Source: Microcystis aeruginosa NIES-843
GTDB lineage: Bacteria > Cyanobacteriota > Cyanobacteriia > Cyanobacteriales > Microcystaceae
NCBI RefSeq assembly: GCF_000010625.1
Contig: NC_010296.1
Span: forward strand, 5,760,001 to 5,792,000
Reading direction: 5' to 3'
DNA length: 32,000 bases
A program made the translations under genes and the position numbers. Below the pieces are notes generated by a model. It made no database searches, was not told where the DNA came from, and saw nothing but the letters and a program-made list of their open reading frames with translations. Numbering within the stretch: the stretch's first letter is position 1; every line of letters starts with the position of its first letter. Shown in pieces: positions 16,121-25,084 of this stretch.

Positions 16121-16365
16121 TACCCTTCTACTCCATCAGCGAGAGTTTGCTCCCATGTCTGCCTTTCAGAAATTTCCTCTTGCCATAAAGTCTCATTCTT
16201 CCTTAAGGCGGCGAAGGCTTCATTCGCTTGAACTAGAAAAACATATCTGCGATAATTTTCGATGGCTTTGTCTAATACTGTTGGGAGCGTATCCCCAGAG
16301 GAGTCAACGAGTGCTAACAGCGTTTTGTGAGCAGCCTCACTAATGCTAATTTTTAATTCAGGCAT
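16120..16365 (-). CDS. Antitoxin of the MazF-like toxin (RHH/MazE-like)
   Basis: Its stop TAG overlaps the GTG of the toxin by 1 nt. I chose the start at ATG 16365 (MPELKISISEAAHKTL..); the longer TTG-initiated version (16422) is less likely. Confidence 0.65.
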   Translation of the reverse strand: MPELKISISEAAHKTLLALVDSSGDTLPTVLDKAIENYRRYVFLVQANEAFAALRKNETLWQEEISERQTWEQTLADGVEG

Positions 16366-16672
16366 ACTTTTCTCTCGTAGCTTGTCTAGGGCTATTGTAG
16401 CCAATTGTGTAAGGGCTAACAACCCGGTTGGAGCGGACAGTTGAGAGGCTTTTCGTTGATCGCTATGGTCGATCTGCTGCCGCTCAACCAGAACGTTAGA
16501 CCGTAGAGATATTGAGTCTTTGCAACTACTTCAGCTCCTCTAATTAGTTTTTATTGCTTCGTTCTATGGCGGTTCTCACACCTGTGTGGCACATTTAAAC
16601 CTTTGCTGATTAAGCTTTTTAACATCGATAATGTACCTCTTGTGAACAGGAAACGCTATAAAAACTGATTAT

Positions 16673-17935
16673 TTATTCTCCCTTTTGCCTTTTGCCTCTC
16701 CTGATATGTAGCCTATACTCAACGGATTTAGTATTAGATAACACCTGTGAATAACGGAGTCGGAGAAGAATTTTTTTCGCCCAATGTCGAAACACTTTCA
16801 ACTGATGGCGTTTGCTGGGTAAACGCAGTATATAGACAAATCGACGCATTATATCGGCTAATCTACCAGTAATATTAATGCCAAAACTGGAGACAAGGGC
16901 TGATTGTTTACCCAGGGTTAACATATCACCTAAATGGAGATAATAATAGGGTTTGAGCGATTTTTTTCTAATCACTGCCGAGATATTTTTGGCTACTACA
17001 CTGGCTGCTTGATAGGCTGCCTGTGCCGTGGCGGGAACTACTTGTTTACTAGGATAAATTTCGGCTAGATCCCCAAGGGCAAAAACTTCGGGATAGTCGA
17101 TTAATTGTAAACTGGAACGGGTTAATAATTTGCCTTGTGCTGTTTTCTGACAATCTAAATTATTGATCCAATCTTGTGCTTGGGTTCCTGCTGTCCACAA
17201 TAATAAATCAATGGGGATAACTTCATTTGTATTATCTTTAAATACGGTTATGGAATTAGCTGCAACTTCCTTTAATCCCGTGTTTAAATAGAGACTAACA
17301 TTCTTGGCTAAAAGGGAACGATAGGAAGCAACACGCACCGATTTAGGGAAGTTTTGCAGTATTTCCTCGTTCTTTTCCACTAGATGAACTTTGCCCTTTT
17401 TTCCTAAACCATCAGCTACCTTACAGGCTAATTCTACCCCATTGGGACCGCCGCCAATAATTGCTAAATTAATTGAGGATTTTCCTTGAGTTTCTAAGTC
17501 ATGAATTGCCGTTTGTAATTTTTCCACATCCTCTAAACTCCGAAAAGTCAGCCCATAATCGGCTAACCCCGGTATAGCCGGCCAACGATTCCGCACTCCC
17601 ACCGCTAAAACGAGGTAATCATAATCTATAACTTCCTCATTTTCTAAATATACTCGATGATTGTTTAAGTCAATATTACTGGCTTTTTGAGTTTTTAAAT
17701 TAACCTTAGTTCCTGTTAATAATTGACGGTAGGAGGGGGCAATTTCCCAGCGTTGCAATTCTCCTGTAATTAGTTCATAGAGAAGGGGAGTAAAGAGAAA
17801 ATGGTCTTTCGGTTCGACTAAAGTTATTTGCCATTGACCCGATTTTACTGCTGTTAATCGACTCAGATCGAGTGCCGTGTATAACCCTCCAAACCCCCCC
17901 CCCAGAATGCAAATCTTAGTTATAGGTTTATTCAT
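16673..17935 (-). CDS. Type II NAD(P)H dehydrogenase / FAD-dependent pyridine-nucleotide oxidoreductase (NdbB/NDC1-like)
   Basis: 420 aa with two Rossmann motifs, ICILGGGFGGLY and LAIIGGGPNGVE, plus ..FALGD... The start ATG overlaps the upstream gene stop (ATGA 17932-17935). Confidence 0.8.
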   Translation of the reverse strand: MNKPITKICILGGGFGGLYTALDLSRLTAVKSGQWQITLVEPKDHFLFTPLLYELITGELQRWEIAPSYRQLLTGTKVNLKTQKASNIDLNNHRVYLENEEVIDYDYLVLAVGVRNRWPAIPGLADYGLTFRSLEDVEKLQTAIHDLETQGKSSINLAIIGGGPNGVELACKVADGLGKKGKVHLVEKNEEILQNFPKSVRVASYRSLLAKNVSLYLNTGLKEVAANSITVFKDNTNEVIPIDLLLWTAGTQAQDWINNLDCQKTAQGKLLTRSSLQLIDYPEVFALGDLAEIYPSKQVVPATAQAAYQAASVVAKNISAVIRKKSLKPYYYLHLGDMLTLGKQSALVSSFGINITGRLADIMRRFVYILRLPSKRHQLKVFRHWAKKILLRLRYSQVLSNTKSVEYRLHIRRGKRQKGE

Positions 17936-18891
17936 GGATTTTTATTCTCAGTTGTGTTTAAGATGGGTTTCAGTTCCGAAACCAATTGTTCTGAACGAAT
18001 AATTCTCGCCGGGGGCAAAAGATGATAGTGAGTGTCAGCAAAAATAGTAGAATCGGTCTTAATATTCAAGTCTTTTGGGTCATAAATTGTTGGCACAACC
18101 CGACTTAATTCTTCGGCAGATTTGCGAATGTTAGCAACGGTTTTACCATCATTTTTTGCATAAACCCAGGGCAAAGAAACCACTAAAGTCGCCCCTTTTG
18201 CTTCTAAATCTTTCTTGAGCTTTTCAATCAATTTAATTGAGTGAGGAGAAGCAGGAGTATCAAAGGTCATTTGCCACCATTTCCCCGTTCTTTCCTTAAC
18301 TATAGTCGGATCACCTGTATTAGTCATTGGATCGGAAAGATAACCCGTCATTCTGCCTTTGGTGAATAAATCAACCATCGATTTAGTGACTGGACGCATA
18401 CCCGGAATACCTAATAACCAAGTATCCTCGATCATGGTTTTTAAAGGTATCCCACCTAACCCTGGTTTGCCAATAGCGACGCTAAAAGGTGCGGATCCCC
18501 AAAGTCCTTCGCCGCGATTAAAACCGTCCTCATCCATGAGCATGAGATATTCAGGAATCAGCAGAATTACGTCTCCTTGGCGCGCTTTTTCGAGAATCAT
18601 AGCGGCAATGACATTTAAGCCGATGTCCCCCTGTAAACCGAAGTTAACCACCGGCATTCCCAATTCTTTGGCCATTAATTCCGAATTTATGCTATAATGC
18701 GCCCCCGATCCCGCCGTGACGATTAAACGCCGCGGTCCTTCGATCTTAGCAGCGATCGCTGATTTTTCCTCGTACATCATCCGCAACCAGCTTAATTCGC
18801 CGCCGTAGATGACATTGTAAACAAAGCCGAGGGACCAAGCGACTCCCAGAGAGGCTAACCAGGGGAAAGGGTTAAAGGATTTAGTATTCAT
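17932..18891 (-). CDS. Membrane-anchored SGNH/AlgJ/DltD-like partner of the MBOAT acyltransferase (putative)
   Basis: 319 aa with an N-terminal hydrophobic anchor. VTAGSGAHYS is block-I-like and a C-terminal FADTHYH is DxxH-like. It is translationally coupled to the MBOAT gene (TGATG at 18889-18893). Confidence 0.45.
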   Translation of the reverse strand: MNTKSFNPFPWLASLGVAWSLGFVYNVIYGGELSWLRMMYEEKSAIAAKIEGPRRLIVTAGSGAHYSINSELMAKELGMPVVNFGLQGDIGLNVIAAMILEKARQGDVILLIPEYLMLMDEDGFNRGEGLWGSAPFSVAIGKPGLGGIPLKTMIEDTWLLGIPGMRPVTKSMVDLFTKGRMTGYLSDPMTNTGDPTIVKERTGKWWQMTFDTPASPHSIKLIEKLKKDLEAKGATLVVSLPWVYAKNDGKTVANIRKSAEELSRVVPTIYDPKDLNIKTDSTIFADTHYHLLPPARIIRSEQLVSELKPILNTTENKNP

Positions 18892-20351
18892 CAGAATTCA
18901 AAGTAAATAAAGTCACCGGTATTAGTGGAAGCTAGGAGAATAGTTAAACCTAGCAATATTTTAGACAGCCAAGGGGATAACAAGAGTTCATATTCAAATT
19001 TTTTCTGGGCAATAGCCAGATGTTCAAGGATTAAAACAATGATACCAAGAACTAAAGCGACGCTTAAAACTGCTCCTTGATTAAGACTATAGGAACTAAA
19101 AATTTCCCCGATATTAGCTAAGGAATAATTGAAAGGATTGGCAATAACCAGCATTTTGCCGATTAATCTTCTGGTGTTAATCTCCATGAAAAAGAGACAA
19201 CCAAAAATGACCGCCAATTGCGTTAAAGCCCAGGAGACAATTTGCGGCTGAGAAACGTATTTTCCGACGAAAGCATAGAAAGGTCGGCCCAGATAACGCA
19301 GTAATAATAATAATGCCCCGTGGTAAGCACCCCAAAAGATGAAATTCCAGGCCGCCCCGTGCCAAAAACCTGAAAGAGTAAAGGTAATGAATAGATAAAA
19401 AGGCGCCCAATTTTTATTGGAACCCATCAGGGGTAAAAATACATAATCCCGAAACCAAGTGCTAAGGGTAATATGCCAACGTCGCCAAAATTCGTTAATA
19501 CTTTGGGATGTGTAGGGGGCTAAAAAGTTTAATTCTAATCTAACCCCGACAAAATAGGCTAAACCAACAGCAATAAAGCTATAACCGCCGAAGTCAAAAT
19601 AGATTCTCAGGGTGAATAAAAAGGCCTCAAACCAGATATACCAAGCATTGTCGATCATCTTATCTAATTCGATGTAGGGCGCAATGTTATCGGCGAGGAC
19701 AAATTTCATAAATAAACCGAGGGAAAGCCAACGCAAACCCTTCTCGAAGTTTTCTCCTGTAAATTTGAGGCGAAATCCCTCCATTTGTGGTAATAAATCC
19801 CGGCGACGCTCGATCGGACCTGCGACAATCTGGGGGAAAAAGGAGATAAAATTGACATAATCGAGGACGGCTAGGGGTTTCTTTTTCTTTTCCCGTAGGG
19901 AGTCCACCACGAAAGCCACCATCTGGAAGGTATAGAAGGATACCCCCGGCGGGATTTGGCTAGGCACGGGAATTGGGGAAAGTTCCTTCCAGTTAGGGGG
20001 GAGAGAAACGAACAATCCGATGATTTCCTGCACAAAAAAGCCGAAATACTTGAAGTAGGCGAGGACGAGAATATCGATGACGATAACGATAGTGGCTAGG
20101 AGATTCGCTTTCCAGCCGCTCATTTTCAGCACTAGCCAGACCATAATGTAGTTAAAGGCTAGGGAGACGATGAAAACGAGGAAACTGGTGCGACTGGCGT
20201 AATAAAACAGGATTAGGGACAGCGCCGCCAATCCGACTCCATCAAAAACACCTCGCCAGAGATTGAAGGACTTCGCCAGGTAGCGCGCCGTTAGGAAAGG
20301 AACGCTAAAAAGGATTAATATCCACCAAAATATAAAATCAGAGTAATTCAA
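18891..20351 (-). CDS. MBOAT-family membrane O-acyltransferase (AlgI/DltB/PatA-like)
   Basis: 486 aa and polytopic. It has the motifs GVSFYTFQ, FWRRWHITLSTWFRDYVFLPL and the catalytic-His region SGFWHGA. It starts at TTG. Confidence 0.85.
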   Translation of the reverse strand: MNYSDFIFWWILILFSVPFLTARYLAKSFNLWRGVFDGVGLAALSLILFYYASRTSFLVFIVSLAFNYIMVWLVLKMSGWKANLLATIVIVIDILVLAYFKYFGFFVQEIIGLFVSLPPNWKELSPIPVPSQIPPGVSFYTFQMVAFVVDSLREKKKKPLAVLDYVNFISFFPQIVAGPIERRRDLLPQMEGFRLKFTGENFEKGLRWLSLGLFMKFVLADNIAPYIELDKMIDNAWYIWFEAFLFTLRIYFDFGGYSFIAVGLAYFVGVRLELNFLAPYTSQSINEFWRRWHITLSTWFRDYVFLPLMGSNKNWAPFYLFITFTLSGFWHGAAWNFIFWGAYHGALLLLLRYLGRPFYAFVGKYVSQPQIVSWALTQLAVIFGCLFFMEINTRRLIGKMLVIANPFNYSLANIGEIFSSYSLNQGAVLSVALVLGIIVLILEHLAIAQKKFEYELLLSPWLSKILLGLTILLASTNTGDFIYFEF

Positions 20352-20513
20352 GGCGTGTTAACTCCTGATGGTCTGTGTTACCTTGTTTGAGATGGGTTTC
20401 CTGACTTCTGATGCTCAGAGACGGGGGATTTTCTTGACAAGCCTATCAAACTTTGTCAGACTTGTCCATAAAATTACCTTCATCCATCCTAAAAAATCGA
20501 GGCTAGACAAGCA

Positions 20514-21485
20514 ATGCTTTATCAAAAACTGTTAGATGCACATAAACGCTATCGACAATTTAAGACTTATCCCCATATTGCCGATCAATATTGGTCTAGT
20601 CAGTTGGCAGAGCATAATATTAATCCTAATTATGTGGCATATGATGCTAAATCTGGTCAACTTTTTTACAAACCCTTAGGGATCAGTTTAAGCAAAAATA
20701 AGCAGGATTTCCTCTTGGGTAGCAAAGTTTTTAACAAAGCTAACGCACTAAAAGCTCTGGCCGATTGTAAATTTTATATCGATGGGCAACAGGAATTAAT
20801 TATCGATATCGATGGAGTTAAGTTAATTATCGAGACGGGACAGGATTTAGATATCGCCCATGAAATTTTCCTTTTAGGTGTATATAATTTCCTCTATGAC
20901 AAGCCCTGTGTAGCGATCGATATTGGTATGAATACGGGTTTTGCTAGTCTCTTTTTTGCCAATCGAGCTAATGTGAAAGCTGTCTATAGTTACGAACCTT
21001 TTAAGGCTACCTACGACCAAGCTTTAAGAAATTTTGCCCTCAATCCTAATCTAGCGGAGAAGATTAAAGCTTTTGATTATGGAGTCGGCGCTCGTGATGA
21101 AATTATTCAAGTCGAATACGATTACACCGTGAAAGGTAGTGTTGGTATTTCTGGTATTGACAACCAATTAAAACCTTTTGCCTCGAAACAAACAGCTACA
21201 GCCGATTTAATTCTTAAACCTTTCACCGATGTGTTTAAAGGTATTACCTCTGATTATCCCGACATCGATATAGTTGCCAAGATTGATTGTGAAGGTTCCG
21301 AATACGAAATCCTCGATTCTTTAGCGGCAACTGGTCAATTGGGACAGATTAAAATTATCATGATGGAATGGCATAAAAAGGGTCCCGATGCTTTAGTTAA
21401 GCATCTGCAAGAATTCGGTTTTATCATCTTTTCCAGGATGCCTCGCAGTAAAAATGTTGGCACTTTGTACGCAATTAAACCCTAA
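20514..21485 (+). CDS. FkbM-family methyltransferase
   Basis: 323 aa. AIDIGMNTGFASLFFA (SAM motif I), YSYEP and KIDCEGSEYEIL are typical of the FkbM family. Confidence 0.75.
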   Translation: MLYQKLLDAHKRYRQFKTYPHIADQYWSSQLAEHNINPNYVAYDAKSGQLFYKPLGISLSKNKQDFLLGSKVFNKANALKALADCKFYIDGQQELIIDIDGVKLIIETGQDLDIAHEIFLLGVYNFLYDKPCVAIDIGMNTGFASLFFANRANVKAVYSYEPFKATYDQALRNFALNPNLAEKIKAFDYGVGARDEIIQVEYDYTVKGSVGISGIDNQLKPFASKQTATADLILKPFTDVFKGITSDYPDIDIVAKIDCEGSEYEILDSLAATGQLGQIKIIMMEWHKKGPDALVKHLQEFGFIIFSRMPRSKNVGTLYAIKP

Positions 21486-21513
21486 AGTACAGAAGTGAGG
21501 TGATGGGGAGATA

Positions 21514-21536
21514 GGGAAATGGGGAAATGGGGAAAT
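21514..21536. repeat. Short tandem repeat gggaaatg x~3
   Basis: The sequence is gggaaatggggaaatggggaaat. It is partly complementary to ccccaaaaccccaaca at 21548-21563. Confidence 0.8.
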
Positions 21537-21569
21537 TTTAACTAATACCCCAAAACCCCAACACCTTCT

Positions 21570-21596
21570 AACTGATAACTGATAACTGATAACTGC
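21570..21596. repeat. Heptamer tandem repeat aactgat x3.9
   Basis: The sequence is aactgataactgataactgataactgc, immediately 3' of the lipoprotein gene stop. Confidence 0.85.
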
Positions 21597-21597
21597 T

Positions 21598-22023
21598 TTA
21601 CTGTGCTTGACAATAGGTATTAAAAGCTTCGCCAGTTTCTTTTTCTAATTGGCCGGCTTTTCTTACCTTTTCCTGTGCTAATTTTGCTCCGTTTTTATTG
21701 CGAGTTTCGATAACTTGAATTATTTCACGAGTGGCAGTGGCATAATCTTCGTAAACTTGAGCGAAGGCGATTTTATATTTCTCTAGTTCGGTATCCTTCA
21801 CTTCTAATTTTTTCATATTTTCTGCGGCCTGTTCGATTTTATCGGCGGCTAATAGCCAACTTTTTTGGTCAATTTCTCTCCCTTGACCGTTGGTTAAGGA
21901 TTTGGTTTCTTGGGCCACTTCGTTGGCAATCCGATAGATTTTTTGACATTGAAACTGTTTACTATCAGCACAACTTGCTAAAAAAGTCAAGCCTATAAAT
22001 GTTAAGATTATTTTGTTATTCAT
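21598..22023 (-). CDS. Hypothetical helical lipoprotein
   Basis: 141 aa. It has a signal peptide with lipobox LASC (MNNKIILTFIGLTFLAS/C). The remainder is Lys/Glu-rich and helical-looking. Confidence 0.6.
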   Translation of the reverse strand: MNNKIILTFIGLTFLASCADSKQFQCQKIYRIANEVAQETKSLTNGQGREIDQKSWLLAADKIEQAAENMKKLEVKDTELEKYKIAFAQVYEDYATATREIIQVIETRNKNGAKLAQEKVRKAGQLEKETGEAFNTYCQAQ

Positions 22024-22105
22024 ACCATTGTATTCGAGAGGATTCTAGGGAAGCTTATAACAGTAAACTATCAGCCTCTAGCAGTTTTTTACTGTTATCG
22101 ACTGA

Positions 22106-22209
22106 TAAGTAGGCGGGTGTTCAAAATTGTCAGATACCCCCCTTATCAAGGGGGGCAGGGGGGATCAAAGACAAAATCTATCTTCAATTTAATTGAAACC
22201 ACTTACTTA
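22106..22209 (+). mobile_element. Modular MITE, copy A (104 bp)
   Basis: The ends are taagtaggcgggtgttcaaaattgtcagat ... gatcaaagacaaaatctatcttcaatttaattgaaaccacttactta. The core is the C6/G6 palindrome ccccccttatcaagggggg. The same ends occur in 23311-23464 (inverted), and the left end also occurs in 26074-26228. Confidence 0.7.
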
Positions 22210-22254
22210 GAACTGTTCAATCTTATAAGATTAAAGTTTAGCACTCGATCGCTG

Positions 22255-23253
22255 TTAAGCGTGTCTTTTTTGATGCCAATTCCAGGCGTGTTCAACTATT
22301 ACCTTGAGATCGGCATATTGGGGATGCCAACCGAGAACCTGTTTAGCTTTATCACTACTGCCGATTAAAATGGGGGCATCGCCGGCCCTTCTGGGACTTT
22401 CGATGACGGGAATATCTAAACCAGTTACTGCTTGTGCTGTTTCAATCACTTCACGCACGGAAAAACCGTTACCATTGCCCAAATTAAACACATTACTTTC
22501 GCCCCCATTTAAGAGATATTCTAAGCCTAAAACGTGAGCTTGGGCTAAATCATTGACATGGATATAATCGCGAACAGCAGTGCCATCGGGAGTATCATAA
22601 TCCGTGCCGAAAACTGACAGGTAATCCCGTTTTTTCAGGGCAGTTAATAAAGCCAGGGGAATTAAATGGGTTTCCGGTTGGTGATCTTCCCCTAATAAAC
22701 CACTGGGGTCGGCTCCTGAGGCATTAAAATAACGGAAAGCCACCGATTTTAAACCGTAGGCCCGATCAAAATCCCGAAGAATTTGTTCCACCATTTCCTT
22801 ACTGGCAGCGTAGGGACTGAGGGGATGATGGGGATGATTTTCCGTCATCGGAATTTCTTTCGGCATTCCATAAATAGCACAGGTAGAAGAAAAAACAAAT
22901 TTCTTCACATCGGCGGCGATCATCGCTTGCAAAAGAGTCAGACTACCACTAACATTATTTTGATAGTAAATAGCCGGTTCTTGTACCGATTCCCCCACGG
23001 CAATAAAAGCGGCAAAGTGCATGACGGCGGCAATATCACGACTGGCAAATAAATTATCCAGCAGCGATCGATCCCTAGTATCACCGACAATTAACTCAAC
23101 TTTTAATATATCCTTAACGATTTCGGCGTGACCGTAGGATAAATTATCGAGTACGATGACGGAATAACCGGCATTTTTAAGCGCTAGAACCGCATGGGAA
23201 CCAATATAACCCGCACCGCCAGTAACGAGAATGGTAGGTTTAACTTGAGACAC
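22255..23253 (-). CDS. galE: UDP-glucose 4-epimerase
   Basis: 332 aa with a GTG start. It has ILVTGGAGYIGSH, SSTCAIYG, SPYAASKEM (YxxxK) and DGTAVRDYIHV. Confidence 0.9.
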   Translation of the reverse strand: MSQVKPTILVTGGAGYIGSHAVLALKNAGYSVIVLDNLSYGHAEIVKDILKVELIVGDTRDRSLLDNLFASRDIAAVMHFAAFIAVGESVQEPAIYYQNNVSGSLTLLQAMIAADVKKFVFSSTCAIYGMPKEIPMTENHPHHPLSPYAASKEMVEQILRDFDRAYGLKSVAFRYFNASGADPSGLLGEDHQPETHLIPLALLTALKKRDYLSVFGTDYDTPDGTAVRDYIHVNDLAQAHVLGLEYLLNGGESNVFNLGNGNGFSVREVIETAQAVTGLDIPVIESPRRAGDAPILIGSSDKAKQVLGWHPQYADLKVIVEHAWNWHQKRHA

Positions 23254-23310
23254 GCGATCATACCTATTTGAGATTGACTTGTCTATAACTTTATACCCTA
23301 ATTTTGCTTT

Positions 23311-23464
23311 TAAGTAAGTGGTTATAATTAAATTGAAGATAGATTTTGTCTTTGATCCCCCCTGCCCCCCTTAATAAGGGGGGTGCCGATCCCCCCTGCC
23401 CCCCTTGATAAGGGGGGTGCCGATAGGCGGGGGGATCTGACAATTTTTAACACCTACCTACTTA
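23311..23464 (-). mobile_element. Modular MITE, copy B (154 bp, inverted relative to A, duplicated core)
   Basis: The reverse complement has the same 30-nt left end and 47-nt right end as copy A. The core unit gatcccccctgccccccttNataaggggggtgcc is present twice. Confidence 0.7.
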
Positions 23465-23474
23465 GTTGACCATC

Positions 23475-24968
23475 ATGTTAAGTCCCCTCGATCTATCTCT
23501 TTCCCTTGACAAAGAAACTTATCAATCACAAATTAAAGATTTAATGGAACAACTGCGATCGCTACAGAAGTCCTGTTGGGAATGTAAATTACCCGTGGTG
23601 GTGGTTTTGGAAGGTTGGGCGGCGGCAGGCAAGGGAACTTTAGTCAAAAAAATGGTTAACTATATGGATCCTCGCGGTTTTACCGTCCATCCAATTTTAA
23701 CCCCTTCCCCCCAAGAGGAAAGTTACCCGTTTTTGTGGCGATTTTGGCAAAAACTGCCAGCAAAAGGTAGTATCGGCATTTTTTATCACAGTTGGTACAC
23801 CCATCTACTAGAGGATCGACTCTTAAACAAATTGCCCTCCTCCCAGATTCCCCTGGTCATGCGCGATATCAACACCTTTGAGCGACAATTATCTGATGAT
23901 CGGGTCGCAATCGCTAAATTCTGGATTCACCTCAGTCAAAAGGAATTAAAGTCACGCATCAAAGAATACGCCGAAAATGAACTAGAATCTTGGCGCGTGC
24001 GTCCGGAAGATTGGCAACAGGCCAAACGTTATGATGAGTATGCCAGTTTAGCCGAGGAAATGATTACCTACACTAGCACGGGGGCCGCCCCTTGGACATT
24101 GGTGGAGGGCAACTGTCAACGTTGGGCCCGGGTAAAAGTTCTCTCCCAATTAGTCGGTACGATCGCTCAAGCTTTGGATCAGCGCCAATTACCGATCGAA
24201 CCCCCTGTCAATCTACCACCCCAAGCGCAATTACTGCCCACGGAACCCGATTATCTAGGGAGAGTGGACTTGAGTGCCAAATTGGAAAAAGAAGACTATA
24301 AAATCCGTTTGCGTGAGGCACAGGTAGAATTAAGAAAACTGCAATTAAAGATTTTTCAGGCAAATATCCCCGTTTTAGTCCTCTTTGAAGGGTGGGATGC
24401 CGCCGGCAAGGGAGGTGCGATCAAACGCTTAACCGATACCCTCGATCCTCGCAGTTATCAAGTGATTGCCTTTGCTGCCCCGACGGAGGAAGAACATCGC
24501 TATCATTATCTCTGGCGCTTCTGGCGGAAATTGCCCGCAGCCAAAACTATCGGTATATTCGATCGCAGTTGGTATGGACGGATTTTGGTGGAGAGAGTGG
24601 AAGGATTCGCTAAAGATATGGATTGGCGACGGGCATATCAAGAAATTAACGAATTTGAGGCCCAATTAACCCATTCAGGCTGTGTTTTAGTCAAATTCTG
24701 GTTACATATTAGCCCCGAAGAACAGTTAAATCGCTTCAACGAGCGCCAAAATAACCCCTATCGTCAACATAAACTCACCGATGAAGATTGGCGCAATCGA
24801 GAAAAACAGCCCCTCTACCATGTGGCAGTTAATCACATGGTAGCCCGTACTAGCACCCCCGTCGCCCCCTGGACGATTGTAGCGGCAAATGATAAGTATT
24901 TCGCCCGCGTTAAAGTCATAGAAACAGTAATTGCCGCTATTGAAACCGGTTTGAAACAACGGGGATAG
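23475..24968 (+). CDS. ppk2: Two-domain polyphosphate kinase 2 family protein (polyphosphate:AMP phosphotransferase type)
   Basis: It has two PPK2 repeats, each with a Walker A-like motif (EGWAAAGKGT and EGWDAAGKGG) and FWRKLP/RSWY motifs. I prefer ATG 23475 to the TTG at 23466. Confidence 0.85.
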   Translation: MLSPLDLSLSLDKETYQSQIKDLMEQLRSLQKSCWECKLPVVVVLEGWAAAGKGTLVKKMVNYMDPRGFTVHPILTPSPQEESYPFLWRFWQKLPAKGSIGIFYHSWYTHLLEDRLLNKLPSSQIPLVMRDINTFERQLSDDRVAIAKFWIHLSQKELKSRIKEYAENELESWRVRPEDWQQAKRYDEYASLAEEMITYTSTGAAPWTLVEGNCQRWARVKVLSQLVGTIAQALDQRQLPIEPPVNLPPQAQLLPTEPDYLGRVDLSAKLEKEDYKIRLREAQVELRKLQLKIFQANIPVLVLFEGWDAAGKGGAIKRLTDTLDPRSYQVIAFAAPTEEEHRYHYLWRFWRKLPAAKTIGIFDRSWYGRILVERVEGFAKDMDWRRAYQEINEFEAQLTHSGCVLVKFWLHISPEEQLNRFNERQNNPYRQHKLTDEDWRNREKQPLYHVAVNHMVARTSTPVAPWTIVAANDKYFARVKVIETVIAAIETGLKQRG

Positions 24969-25084
24969 GGTAGATAGGGGTATGGGGATTTTTTCGATTC
25001 ACCCTCCCTTAACCCTGATTTGCTGAGAAGCAGAGTCGAGAACTTCATTGAACGTTTTCAATATCCACCAGAGGAGAAACAATC

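Noticed and set aside
22117-22368. 83-aa + strand ORF (..PPYQGGQGGSKTKS..).
   Set aside because: It starts inside MITE copy A, where it translates the C6/G6 palindrome. It then runs antisense into the galE 3' end, so it is a repeat artefact.
23341-23430. CRISPR-like array, considered for the repeated 33-nt C6/G6 units here and for the 16-mer x3 at 26132-26179.
   Set aside because: The repeats are directly adjacent with no spacers and only 2-3 units. They lie inside MITEs, and there are no cas genes.
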